The position numbers and the translations under genes were made by a program. Below are positions 33,383 to 41,280 of a DNA stretch of 41,280 nt, in pieces. The notes under the pieces are model-generated. The model did not search any database, was not told the origin of the DNA, and saw only the letters and a program-made list of their open reading frames with translations. This stretch comes from Thermoguttaceae bacterium (GTDB lineage Bacteria; Planctomycetota; Planctomycetia; Pirellulales; Thermoguttaceae), in assembly GCA_045603865.1 (NCBI GenBank), contig JAZUMX010000906.1, positions 1-41,280 of the forward strand, written 5' to 3'. Positions within the stretch are counted from its first letter, which is position 1; each line of letters begins with the position of its first letter.

Positions 33383-35560
33383 ATGAGTACAGATTCCAAT
33401 TCCTCGACGTCCAGTTCTGCTGGGAAAAAAAGCCGAGTCCCCGGGTGCGACAATCCCGCCGATATTCAGACAATCCGCAAAATGCTCCAGGGTCAGCAGT
33501 ACGCGGCGGCAATGAATTTCATCAATTCCGTTTTGGAAAAGAACCCGAATCAGCCAGACATTCTGGACGTGAAGTGTCACCTGCTTTATCTTAAATGCAT
33601 CAAAGATATTAGCGGCGGCAATTTGGAATCGGTTTCTGCCTGGAACGAAGCGGTTGAACAGTTTCTTGCTCAGTTCCCGGACCACCCGTTGGCGCTGGCG
33701 TGGAAGAGCCTCTCCTGCTCCAACAGCGGAGACGTCGACGCGGGCTACGACTATCTGGAAAAGTGCTTTGTCAACCATTACCCGGAAATGAACCCCACCG
33801 GGATGCTGGCGGCGTTAAGCTCTCTGAGTCAGAACGAACTCAACGAAGGGTTTATTCCCGCCGCGTTGTTTTTGATGAGCCTCCGCGCCACATTCTTTGA
33901 TCAGCTCAAGGCGACTCAAGAGTACGAAATGACGCACCGGATGCAGCTGCGAATTCTCAGCGATTCCAGCCTCGCCCTGCCGCTGCGCCAGACGTATTCG
34001 TTCTATCAGACCAACAGCCGCGGCGCGCTGACGGCAGATTTCACTGCGGCGCAGCAGCTGATTTCCACCTTCCATTGGCTCGAAGCGGCGCAGGCGTTTG
34101 AGAAGATCGCGACAGACGACCCGACGGAACTGAATTCCGCGTACAACGCTGCGATTCTGTATCTCAACCGCAGCAAAATTGCAGACGCCTCCCGCATGTT
34201 CAAGCTGTACTCTGAGCGCGAGCCGGAACTCAACCGCAAAATCGACGCCCTGGCAACGGCTCTGCTGCTGTCGAAATCGCCGCTGGAAGACAACATGCCG
34301 CTGTACGATTTCCAGTACAAGGTGAAAGATCAGGACAGGCTGCGAGAACTGCTGCTGAGTTCCAACCGCCTGATTTCGCAGAACGTTCCGGCAGAAAACT
34401 TCGACGGCCCGCCGCCGCTGTTTATCGGCTCTCTGCTCGATCAGCCCAAACAGACGTCGTGGTCAGAAAGCCTCACGTTTGAAGACATCCCGCTGGTTCT
34501 CGGTTCTGTCGCCCTTTGGGGTAAGAGAACCGACCGCGACGCGATTCTGGAATTCTCGTCGATTCTGGACTGCGACCGGGAAGACGTTTACGCCCTGGTC
34601 AAGGAAACCTTTGGCGATTGTCTTGAGGGCGAGCCGCAAGCTGTTACAATGGAAGCGCCGTCTGTTACAATCGATTCCTTTACCCGTCCGCAGGCGTTCC
34701 CGGACAACACGCCGCAAAACGTTATCAATCAGCTTCAGCGCGAACATTACAACGACTTGCTGCTCAACTGCTGGCCGGACCTCTGCCTGGGCGTTTTAGG
34801 CGCGTCTTTGCGTCAGGCGGCGGCAAACGAACAGAAACAGCCCCTGGTTCGAGCGGTTATCAAGGTTGTCGAATACCTGCTCGGCGCCGGCAATCCGCTG
34901 CTGGATTTCGACGCGCTTTATGCTGCGTTGAATCTCAAGCCTCTCCCGCCGTTGACGGTGGAGTCCAGCGACTTGGCGTCTCTCCCGCCGACGCTGTACG
35001 GGGCAGTCGACCTCAAATCGCTTTCCGACAGCGACTTGGCAATGCTCTACGCCCGTTACAATCCGTACGGAACGGACAGCGTCATGCACAAACTGGCGCA
35101 GGAAATCGTCAGCCGTAACACGCTCTCCGTCGACATTCGACAGACGGCGTACGTCAAGCTGTGTCTGTCGCCCAACGGCCTTGTCCCGGAAAACATTCAG
35201 CAAGGCAAAGACTTCTGCAAAGCCAACAACATTTCCGATTCCTATTTCGACATGATGGAACTGCAAACGATGTTCCTGTCAGGAAACATGGCGGAAATGG
35301 AAAAGAAGATGCACCAGATTTATCAGGATCACAAAGACGAACCGCAGACCATGCAGGCGCTGATGAACTTCGTCCAGCAGATCCAGCAGATGTCGGAAAT
35401 GGCGGCTCGCGGACAGACGCCGAATCCGGCGGACTTGTCAGCAGCAACTCCGGAACCGCAGCAGCAGTCGACGTCCGGACTGTGGACGCCCGATTCGCCC
35501 AACCCGCCTGCCAGCCCCGCGCCGGAAGAAAAGAAAAGCTCTATCTGGCTGCCAGACTGA
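33383..35560 (+). CDS. Large helical (TPR-like) hypothetical protein with a Gln/Pro-rich C-terminus
   Basis: 725-aa ORF with consistent coding character. N-terminal TPR-like helices (AAAMNFINSVLEKNPNQPDIL). No specific family recognised. Confidence 0.75.
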   Translation: MSTDSNSSTSSSAGKKSRVPGCDNPADIQTIRKMLQGQQYAAAMNFINSVLEKNPNQPDILDVKCHLLYLKCIKDISGGNLESVSAWNEAVEQFLAQFPDHPLALAWKSLSCSNSGDVDAGYDYLEKCFVNHYPEMNPTGMLAALSSLSQNELNEGFIPAALFLMSLRATFFDQLKATQEYEMTHRMQLRILSDSSLALPLRQTYSFYQTNSRGALTADFTAAQQLISTFHWLEAAQAFEKIATDDPTELNSAYNAAILYLNRSKIADASRMFKLYSEREPELNRKIDALATALLLSKSPLEDNMPLYDFQYKVKDQDRLRELLLSSNRLISQNVPAENFDGPPPLFIGSLLDQPKQTSWSESLTFEDIPLVLGSVALWGKRTDRDAILEFSSILDCDREDVYALVKETFGDCLEGEPQAVTMEAPSVTIDSFTRPQAFPDNTPQNVINQLQREHYNDLLLNCWPDLCLGVLGASLRQAAANEQKQPLVRAVIKVVEYLLGAGNPLLDFDALYAALNLKPLPPLTVESSDLASLPPTLYGAVDLKSLSDSDLAMLYARYNPYGTDSVMHKLAQEIVSRNTLSVDIRQTAYVKLCLSPNGLVPENIQQGKDFCKANNISDSYFDMMELQTMFLSGNMAEMEKKMHQIYQDHKDEPQTMQALMNFVQQIQQMSEMAARGQTPNPADLSAATPEPQQQSTSGLWTPDSPNPPASPAPEEKKSSIWLPD

Positions 35561-35590
35561 TAGTGCGAATTGCGGATCTCTTTTCAACGT

Positions 35591-35631
35591 CAGTCCTGTC
35601 GTAACTCCATCGGATAATGCGTACAGGACTG
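35591..35631 (+). terminator. Candidate stem-loop terminator after the 725-aa gene
   Basis: cagtcctgt ... acaggactg: a 9-bp stem and a 23-nt loop. The U-tract is weak (attaaaatcaatttt). Confidence 0.3.
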
Positions 35632-35877
35632 ATTAAAATCAATTTTAGGTTTATCCCAGAGGTTGGCGCCTGTAAATTAAAAAGCGAACGATTAACCTGT
35701 CAAATCCGTAAACGGTTTGACCCGCGCAAGGGCTAATCGCCAACATGTCGGAAGCGCCAGGCGGGAGCGCTGTTTTAGGAGCAAGGTTAAAGCGCAGGCA
35801 AAAAGTCCCCGCGTTAAGCGGTAGCGCTTATCGGTCAGAACGCCTTGCGTCTAACCTTGCCCCTTTTGACAGCTTAA

Positions 35878-36384
35878 CTATAAGCTGTCATAATTACTGG
35901 TTGGTTCTTCCTCCGGCGTGACCTGTTCAATCGTGCCTAACACGCTTCTCAAGCAACGCTCCACGGGACTCCAATCAATTTTGTTCCACAATTCGTAAGC
36001 CTTTTCCTTTAAATAAAGATTGGTATTCGTCCAGTTCTGGTTTAAATCTCTGCAACTCTTGTTGACGTCATCCAGGTTGACGTGATACGTGTCCAACCAG
36101 AACAACTTACGAGCGTTCCACTCTTCAAACTGGACGTTCAATTCGTTGTCCAATTCCGATGAAGAACCGTCGCCGGAAGGCATGCAAGGCGCTTCCGTCC
36201 ATTCAATTAACATCGATAATGCGATGCCGCCAACAATATTGACTACGACCGTGATAATTGTCAGATTACACACGAATCGAAGCAGTTTTCCGAACCAGCC
36301 GTTTCCAAACCAGCTGAAATTCCAGAAATCAAATAGTCTGAATGGAGCCAACAAATCGGTCCAATCATTCTTGCGATCACCCAT
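35878..36384 (-). CDS. Hypothetical membrane protein (168 aa)
   Basis: RBS aaggagg lies 5 nt upstream of the ATG at 36384, which is preferred over 36507. Trp-rich N-terminus and one TM segment, LTIITVVVNIVGGIALSMLI. Confidence 0.65.
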   Translation of the reverse strand: MGDRKNDWTDLLAPFRLFDFWNFSWFGNGWFGKLLRFVCNLTIITVVVNIVGGIALSMLIEWTEAPCMPSGDGSSSELDNELNVQFEEWNARKLFWLDTYHVNLDDVNKSCRDLNQNWTNTNLYLKEKAYELWNKIDWSPVERCLRSVLGTIEQVTPEEEPTSNYDSL

Positions 36385-37101
36385 GTCAACCTCCTTACAC
36401 CATAAAAGGTTAAAAATGATTCCATTGAAACGCACACGTGATAATCCAATTTCATCACAGTCGGTTTCAAAAAAATGCGCTAAACGCGTTTCTCGATCGC
36501 AGGTCATCGAATGCCTGCGAATTCAAAACGCATGCCAAATCCAAAATCGTGAAGTCCGCAAAGCTTACCCGGGCGATGCCATGCGTCTTTCGATAGGCGT
36601 CTTTCGATGAACGCTTCTTGATTCCTCTTTCAACAACGAACCGTTAACTGGTCAGCTAACGCTTGCCGTCAGAATCAAATTTGGGAAAGGCGATTATTGC
36701 TAATAATTAATAAACGTTAACAAAAATTATTGGTAACAGACCAATGAAACATTTTTTGTCGATTTCTGGAAAAAGTTTTTTTTCCTTTTTCAACACGTAT
36801 ATACGAAATCAAACATAAAACTGTCATTGAAAAACAGTCGTTTTTAGAAATTTCCATAAATATTTATATTGCATAGCTTTATAGCATATAAAATTTACAA
36901 TAAGCCTATGAAATTTTAACACGTGTTTCAAATAATAACCTTTCTATCCCGCGGCAAGGAAATCTTTTCAATTAGCGATTAGTAAATAGAGTCGTTAAAA
37001 TAATGAAGAACGAATCTCTCTTCGCAAGTCTGTTTCAGGTCAAATCAGCCGTTGAGCTGTAATTAATATTGGATTTTTTGAATATTTCGTGAAACTCTTA
37101 C

Positions 37102-37129
37102 TTGCAAATGCAAACGATAGCGCTATAAT
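37102..37129 (+). promoter_or_regulatory. Candidate sigma70-type promoter upstream of the ychF-like gene
   Basis: TTGCAA (37102-37107), a 16-nt spacer, then TATAAT (37124-37129). Confidence 0.4.
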
Positions 37130-37169
37130 TTATATCGTTAAAATAAATCATTTAATAACCGCATTAAAA

Positions 37170-37295
37170 GTGGTAAGTTTTAAGCGCTAAGTTGTAAGGA
37201 GGAAAGTCGCTCTTCCTAGTTTTATCGCTTAAAATGACGACTGCTCTCCAGAGCGTATGTTCTTCCTTACCACTAACCACTAACCACTCGCAACT
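37170..37295. repeat. Inverted heptamer arrays (GNNNTAA x5 / TAACCAC x3 + TCGCAAC) ending 1 nt before the start codon at 37296
   Basis: gtggtaa gttttaa gcgctaa gttgtaa ggaggaa (37170-37204), a 55-nt spacer, then ttcttcc ttaccac taaccac taaccac tcgcaac (37260-37294). Confidence 0.8.
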
Positions 37296-38327
37296 ATGAA
37301 AATAGGATTAGCAGGGTATTCCGGCTCTGGAAAGAGTACGTTGTTTCATTGGTTGACCGGCTTCGCGCCGGACTTGGCTCTGTCGCATAAAGAGCAGAGC
37401 GCCATGGTTCCCATTCCCGACGAGCGATTCGCTCCGCTGTGCGAACTGTACAAGCCGAAAAAGGTAACGCACGCCAATCTGGAACTGGTCGACACGCCCG
37501 GCTTGAACCGAAACCACGAAGGCGCGCCCGCGATTTTGGCGCACATTCGCGAGGCGGACTGCCTCGTACTGGTCGTCGGCGCGTTTGACAAGTCCGACCC
37601 GGTTCAGGACTACAATTCCTTTACAGAAGACCTGCTCGTGGCGGACATGGAAGTCGTTTCCAACCGTTTGGAGCGTTTGGAAGCCCAGCTCAAACGACCG
37701 CTGCAAAAGCCGGAAAAGGAAAAGCTCCAGTTCGAACAGACGGTTTTGCAGAAGGTTCTCGCCGGCTTGGAAAACGAAAAGGCGGTTACGCTTGACGACA
37801 TGACCGAAGACGAGCAGAAATGCACTCGCGCCTTCCGTCTGTTCAGCGAAAAGCCGAGAATGGTCGTCGTCAACTGCGGCGACGACGAGTCCGATCTTCA
37901 CCGGTTCGACAACTGCATTGAAGGCGTCAAGGTTTTTGCTGCGCCGGTTTCCCTTCAGCTGGAACTGGACTCTATGGAGCCGGAAGAAAGCCAGGCGCTC
38001 ATCGAGGAGATGGGGCTTCAGACGGCGAACAAAGACGAGCTGGTTCGGCTCATGTTAGACGAGTCCGGACAGATGACGTTCTTCACTGCCGGGGAGCCGG
38101 AAGTGCGAACCTGGATTCTCAAAAAGGGCGGAACAGCCCTCGACGCCGCTGCCAGCATTCACACCGACCTGGCGCGCGGGTTTATTCGAGCGGAAGTCAT
38201 GACCGTAACCGACCTCCTGGCGGCGGGCAGCGAACGCGAAGTCAAAGCCAGAAACCAGCTCCGTCAGGAACCCAAAGGATACGTCGTCAAAGACGGCGAC
38301 ATCCTGCTGATTCGGTTTAGCGTGTAA
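37296..38327 (+). CDS. ychF: YchF/OLA1-like P-loop GTPase/ATPase (divergent)
   Basis: G1 GYSGSGKST and G3 LVDTPGL. The C-terminal block FFTAGEPEVRTWILKKGGTALDAAASIHTDLARGFIRAEV...VKDGDILLIRFSV is typical of the YchF TGS-like domain. Confidence 0.8.
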   Translation: MKIGLAGYSGSGKSTLFHWLTGFAPDLALSHKEQSAMVPIPDERFAPLCELYKPKKVTHANLELVDTPGLNRNHEGAPAILAHIREADCLVLVVGAFDKSDPVQDYNSFTEDLLVADMEVVSNRLERLEAQLKRPLQKPEKEKLQFEQTVLQKVLAGLENEKAVTLDDMTEDEQKCTRAFRLFSEKPRMVVVNCGDDESDLHRFDNCIEGVKVFAAPVSLQLELDSMEPEESQALIEEMGLQTANKDELVRLMLDESGQMTFFTAGEPEVRTWILKKGGTALDAAASIHTDLARGFIRAEVMTVTDLLAAGSEREVKARNQLRQEPKGYVVKDGDILLIRFSV

Positions 38328-38448
38328 GCCCCGTCTAACTTGACAAAAGTAAAAATAACGATAGAATAAGAAATCGGAATGCGGGACTTTTCAGCCCCGT
38401 ATTTCGAATTTTTCATTTCGAATTTACCACCTATCCCCCATTCAAATC

Positions 38449-39210
38449 ATGGACAAAGAATTATCGATCATGCCTTGCCTGGACATGCGAAACGGTCGCG
38501 TTGTCAAGGGCGTGCATTTTGTTGACATCATCGACGCCGGCGACCCGGTCGAATGCGCCAAGGCGTACTGCGCCGCCGGAGCGGATCAGCTGGCTTTGCT
38601 GGATATTACCGCCACGGTAGAAAATCGCTCTACCATGCTGGACGTTGTTAAAAAAGTTGCTGCGGCAACGACGGTTCCGTTTACCGTCGGCGGCGGAATT
38701 GGCGACGTCAAAACAGCCGCCGCCGTTCTCAACGCTGGCGCCAACCGCGTTTCGATTTCCTCTGCCGCGTTCCGAAAGCCCGATCTGATTCCGGAACTGA
38801 TTAAAGAATTCGGGGTCGACGCTGTTACAGCCGCCATCGACGTAGACGTCAACGCGGAACTCCCGTCCGGATACGAAGTCTATATTGACGGCGGACGCAC
38901 AGCCACCGGCGCGGACGCTGTGGAATTCGCCAAAAAGCTCGACGGATTCGGCGTCAACGTCATTCTCCCGACCAGCAAGTCCGGCGACGGCGCGCGAACC
39001 GGATACGATCTGCCGGTAATTCGAGCCATGGCGAAGGCGTGCAGCGCTCAAATCGTCGCCTCCGGCGGAGCGGGTAACATGCAGCATTTCGCCGACGCCG
39101 TCGAAGCGGGAGCCACAATCCTCCTGGCGGCAAGCGTATTCCATTTCCAGATGATTAAAATCCCGGAACTCAAAGAGTTCCTCAAAGAAAAAGGATACAA
39201 AGTAGCCTAG
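38449..39210 (+). CDS. hisF: Imidazole glycerol phosphate synthase, cyclase subunit
   Basis: IMPCLDMRNGRVVKGVHF...DAGDPVE...GADQLALLDITAT...TVGGGI...ASGGAG. Confidence 0.93.
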   Translation: MDKELSIMPCLDMRNGRVVKGVHFVDIIDAGDPVECAKAYCAAGADQLALLDITATVENRSTMLDVVKKVAAATTVPFTVGGGIGDVKTAAAVLNAGANRVSISSAAFRKPDLIPELIKEFGVDAVTAAIDVDVNAELPSGYEVYIDGGRTATGADAVEFAKKLDGFGVNVILPTSKSGDGARTGYDLPVIRAMAKACSAQIVASGGAGNMQHFADAVEAGATILLAASVFHFQMIKIPELKEFLKEKGYKVA

Positions 39211-39294
39211 AGCTGCTAGCTTCTAGCTCCTAGCTAGCGGCTAATAGCTAGAAGCTCTCCCATTCCCTATTCCCTATTCCCTACTCCCTACGCC
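39208..39294. repeat. TAGCTNN-family palindrome followed by a YTCCCTA x4 heptamer array that runs up to the purC ATG
   Basis: agagctgc tagcttc tagctcc tagctag cggctaa tagctag aagctct, then ttcccta ttcccta ttcccta ctcccta cgcc-ATG. Confidence 0.85.
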
Positions 39295-40182
39295 ATGTCC
39301 ACACCCGTATTAAAGACCAATTTACCGTTTCCCGTTCGCAGCGGGAAAGTTCGCGACGTTTATGATTTCGGAGACGAAGTTCTGCTCGTCTCAACAGACC
39401 GCATCAGCGCTTTTGACTGGATTCTGCCGGCGGGCATTCCCGACAAAGGGCGCGTCCTGACGCAGATTTCCGCGTTCTGGTTTGACCTCTTCGGCGGCGA
39501 CAACCACAAGATTACTTGTGACGTCAACGAAATGCCGCAGCTCAAAGGACTCGACACGACCGACCTGGCGGGTCGTTCGATGCTGTGCAGAAAGACGAAA
39601 ATCGTCCCGATGGAATGTATTGTCCGCGGCTATCTGACCGGTTCCGGCTGGAAAGAATATCAGAAGAGCGGTTCCGTTTGCGGAATTGAACTTCCCAAAG
39701 ATCTCAAAGAAAGCGCGAAGCTGGAAAACCCGATTTTCACGCCGTCCACCAAGGCGGAAGAAGGGCACGATATCAACATTTCCTTCGAGCAGATGGCTAA
39801 CGAGATCGGCGTCGCGCTGGCGGAAGAGCTTCGCGAACGCAGTATTGAAATCTTCCTCCGCGGCAGCGAGTATGCGGAATCCAAGGGCATTCTCATTGCC
39901 GACACGAAGTTTGAATGGGGCGTCCTGGACGGCAAACTGATTCTGGCGGACGAAGTCCTCACGCCGGACAGCAGCCGATTCTGGCCTGCTGACCAGTACG
40001 AAGAAGGGCGCAGCCAGCCCTCGTTCGACAAACAGTTTGTTCGCGACTGGCTGACCAACGAGTCCGGCTGGGATAAGAACAGCGAACCGCCGACCCTCCC
40101 GCAGGACATTATCGACAAAACCCGCGCGAAGTACGTCGAAGCCTACGAACGCCTGACGGGTAAAGAATTCCCGTGGAAATAG
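39295..40182 (+). CDS. purC: Phosphoribosylaminoimidazole-succinocarboxamide synthase
   Basis: GKVRDVYDFGDEVLLVSTDRISAFDWILP, TPSTKA, LIADTKFEWG, DSSRFW. Confidence 0.93.
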   Translation: MSTPVLKTNLPFPVRSGKVRDVYDFGDEVLLVSTDRISAFDWILPAGIPDKGRVLTQISAFWFDLFGGDNHKITCDVNEMPQLKGLDTTDLAGRSMLCRKTKIVPMECIVRGYLTGSGWKEYQKSGSVCGIELPKDLKESAKLENPIFTPSTKAEEGHDINISFEQMANEIGVALAEELRERSIEIFLRGSEYAESKGILIADTKFEWGVLDGKLILADEVLTPDSSRFWPADQYEEGRSQPSFDKQFVRDWLTNESGWDKNSEPPTLPQDIIDKTRAKYVEAYERLTGKEFPWK

Positions 40183-40197
40183 CGTAACGTTTCTACG

Positions 40198-40391
40198 CTG
40201 CGAAGTGTGCATTCCAAACTGACGCAGCCGGAAACCTCCTCCGGATGTAGCCCGGCTTCGGGCTACTCTGCCGCGACCTACTAAAAATCTGTTTCGCAGT
40301 CGAAAACGTCGTGAACTCTCCCTCGCCGGAACTTCGTTTTTTCCTTGACGGCTTTCGCCGTCAAGTTGTAGCCCGAAGCCGGGCTACATCC
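40198..40391. repeat. REP-type repeat block (copy A) with perfect hairpins, including an inverted REP doublet
   Basis: ccgga-aacctcc-tccgg. gtagcccg-gctt-cgggctac at 40247-40266. cttgacggc-tttc-gccgtcaag at 40344-40365. The inverse hairpin gtagcccgaagccgggctac at 40368-40387. Confidence 0.85.
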
Positions 40392-40423
40392 AAGGGTGGG
40401 CGTCTCCTTCGCAATACTACATT

Positions 40424-41083
40424 TCACCCTTCTGGCGGAAAATTTACCAGCTCTTTCCATTGCTCAGTCGCGCTGGAAAGAGGCCAGTCCTGCGGCGTTT
40501 GAACGGTTGTTTGACCCCATCTCAAACCGACAGGATTGTTTAAAATGTACTGTCGAGTATTGGCTTTATGATTTGACCCGCGAATCATTCGATCAAAGTA
40601 GTTGGGATACCAAACGGAATCGACAAAATCAGGATTATTGGCAACCGCTTGTTTATACGACGCTGTTTCCATGATACGACGGCTGGTAAAGCTTTTCCAT
40701 GACTCGACAACGTCTTTTAATGCGTACCCGTAATATTGGTTAATTAATAAATGAACGTGATTAGGCATTATTACCCATTCTAAGATGTCGTATGCCTTTT
40801 TATGATGATAAAACCAATTTTCCAATATAATCGGGAAAACGTCGTCTGCGGTTAAAATCCCACAGCCGCTTCCGTTATGAACCCATTCTTCAACTAAATG
40901 CCCCATATAGGAGCGTCGGCGTTCTTTTGGAACGATTGCAGCCTTTTCTAATAATTCTTTTAACTGATATTTAGGTAAACTGTCCCAAAGACGGTATGTT
41001 ATATATTGCAGTCTTTCAGGATAGTCCCAGTGTGGTAAATTGTGGTGTTTATACGTGCGTTTATGTTGATTCTCTTTTCGCAT
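40424..41083 (-). CDS. IS200/IS605-type Y1 (HUH) transposase, REP-associated tyrosine transposase (RAYT)-like
   Basis: NLPHWDY...YITYRLWDSLP, HUH motif MPNHVHLL, and C-terminal VWYPNYFDRMIR with a candidate catalytic Tyr. The ATG at 41083 is preferred because the codons upstream of it lie inside the flanking repeat. Confidence 0.85.
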   Translation of the reverse strand: MRKENQHKRTYKHHNLPHWDYPERLQYITYRLWDSLPKYQLKELLEKAAIVPKERRRSYMGHLVEEWVHNGSGCGILTADDVFPIILENWFYHHKKAYDILEWVIMPNHVHLLINQYYGYALKDVVESWKSFTSRRIMETASYKQAVANNPDFVDSVWYPNYFDRMIRGSNHKANTRQYILNNPVGLRWGQTTVQTPQDWPLSSATEQWKELVNFPPEG

Positions 41084-41097
41084 AATAATTATTTCAC

Positions 41098-41280
41098 GCC
41101 GCGAAGTGTGCATACAAAACTGACGTAAGCCGGAAACCTCCTCCGGATGTAGCCCGGCTTCGGGCTACACTGCTAATACTACGAAAAACCAATTTCGTAG
41201 CCGAAAATATTCGTCATTTTCTCTCTACGTTGTCTCCCCCTTTCGGCGTTTTTTTCCCTTGACGGCTTTCGCCGTCAAGT
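41098..41280. repeat. REP-type repeat block (copy B), a direct repeat of 40198-40365; it runs off the window
   Basis: It has the same order of elements as copy A (gcgaagtgtgcat, ccggaaacctcctccgg, gtagcccggcttcgggctac, cttgacggctttcgccgtcaag), with a divergent middle. Confidence 0.85.

Noticed and set aside
35561-35877. Known housekeeping RNA (RNase P, tmRNA, SRP or 6S) in the convergent gap
   Set aside because: I could not find the conserved RNase P CR-I/CR-V blocks, the tmRNA tag/tRNA-like ends or the SRP GGAA/AGCA domain IV motifs. It is kept only as an unclassified structured region.
37308-40212. Antisense ORFs opposite ychF, hisF and purC (197 aa, 227 aa and 273 aa)
   Set aside because: They are shadow ORFs of confidently identified plus-strand genes, and I recognise no motifs in them.

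Overview
The window looks like a chromosomal segment of a Planctomycetota-like bacterium. The taxonomic guess rests on three tandem prepilin-leader/DUF1559 (H-X9-DG) genes and a BBP7-like barrel, and is inference only. Most of the window is housekeeping: a KAS-family fragment, tRNA-Phe, purM, prmC, xseA, pepT, acpS, a ychF-like gene, hisF and purC, plus envelope and secreted proteins.

Four things stand out.

(1) An AT-rich island of about 7.6 kb (about 14.7-22.3 kb) carries a tightly packed six-gene minus-strand operon. It encodes a 788-aa dynamin-like GTPase, a 435-aa second P-loop GTPase-like protein, a single-pass membrane protein, a GHSLG alpha/beta-hydrolase and two small translationally coupled proteins. 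I consider it the best candidate for an undescribed conflict/defence-type system.

(2) Many intergenic regions contain tandem heptanucleotide arrays (TAGCTNN, YTCCCTA, ACTCGCA, TAACCAC, GNNGTTA and others). They are often arranged as imperfect inverted arms, and three of them run right up to a start codon.

(3) A 62-nt palindromic REP-like unit fills two convergent gene gaps.

(4) An IS200/RAYT-type Y1 transposase gene is flanked by direct repeats of about 170 nt that are full of perfect hairpins.

All functional calls come from motif recognition by eye. No searches were run.
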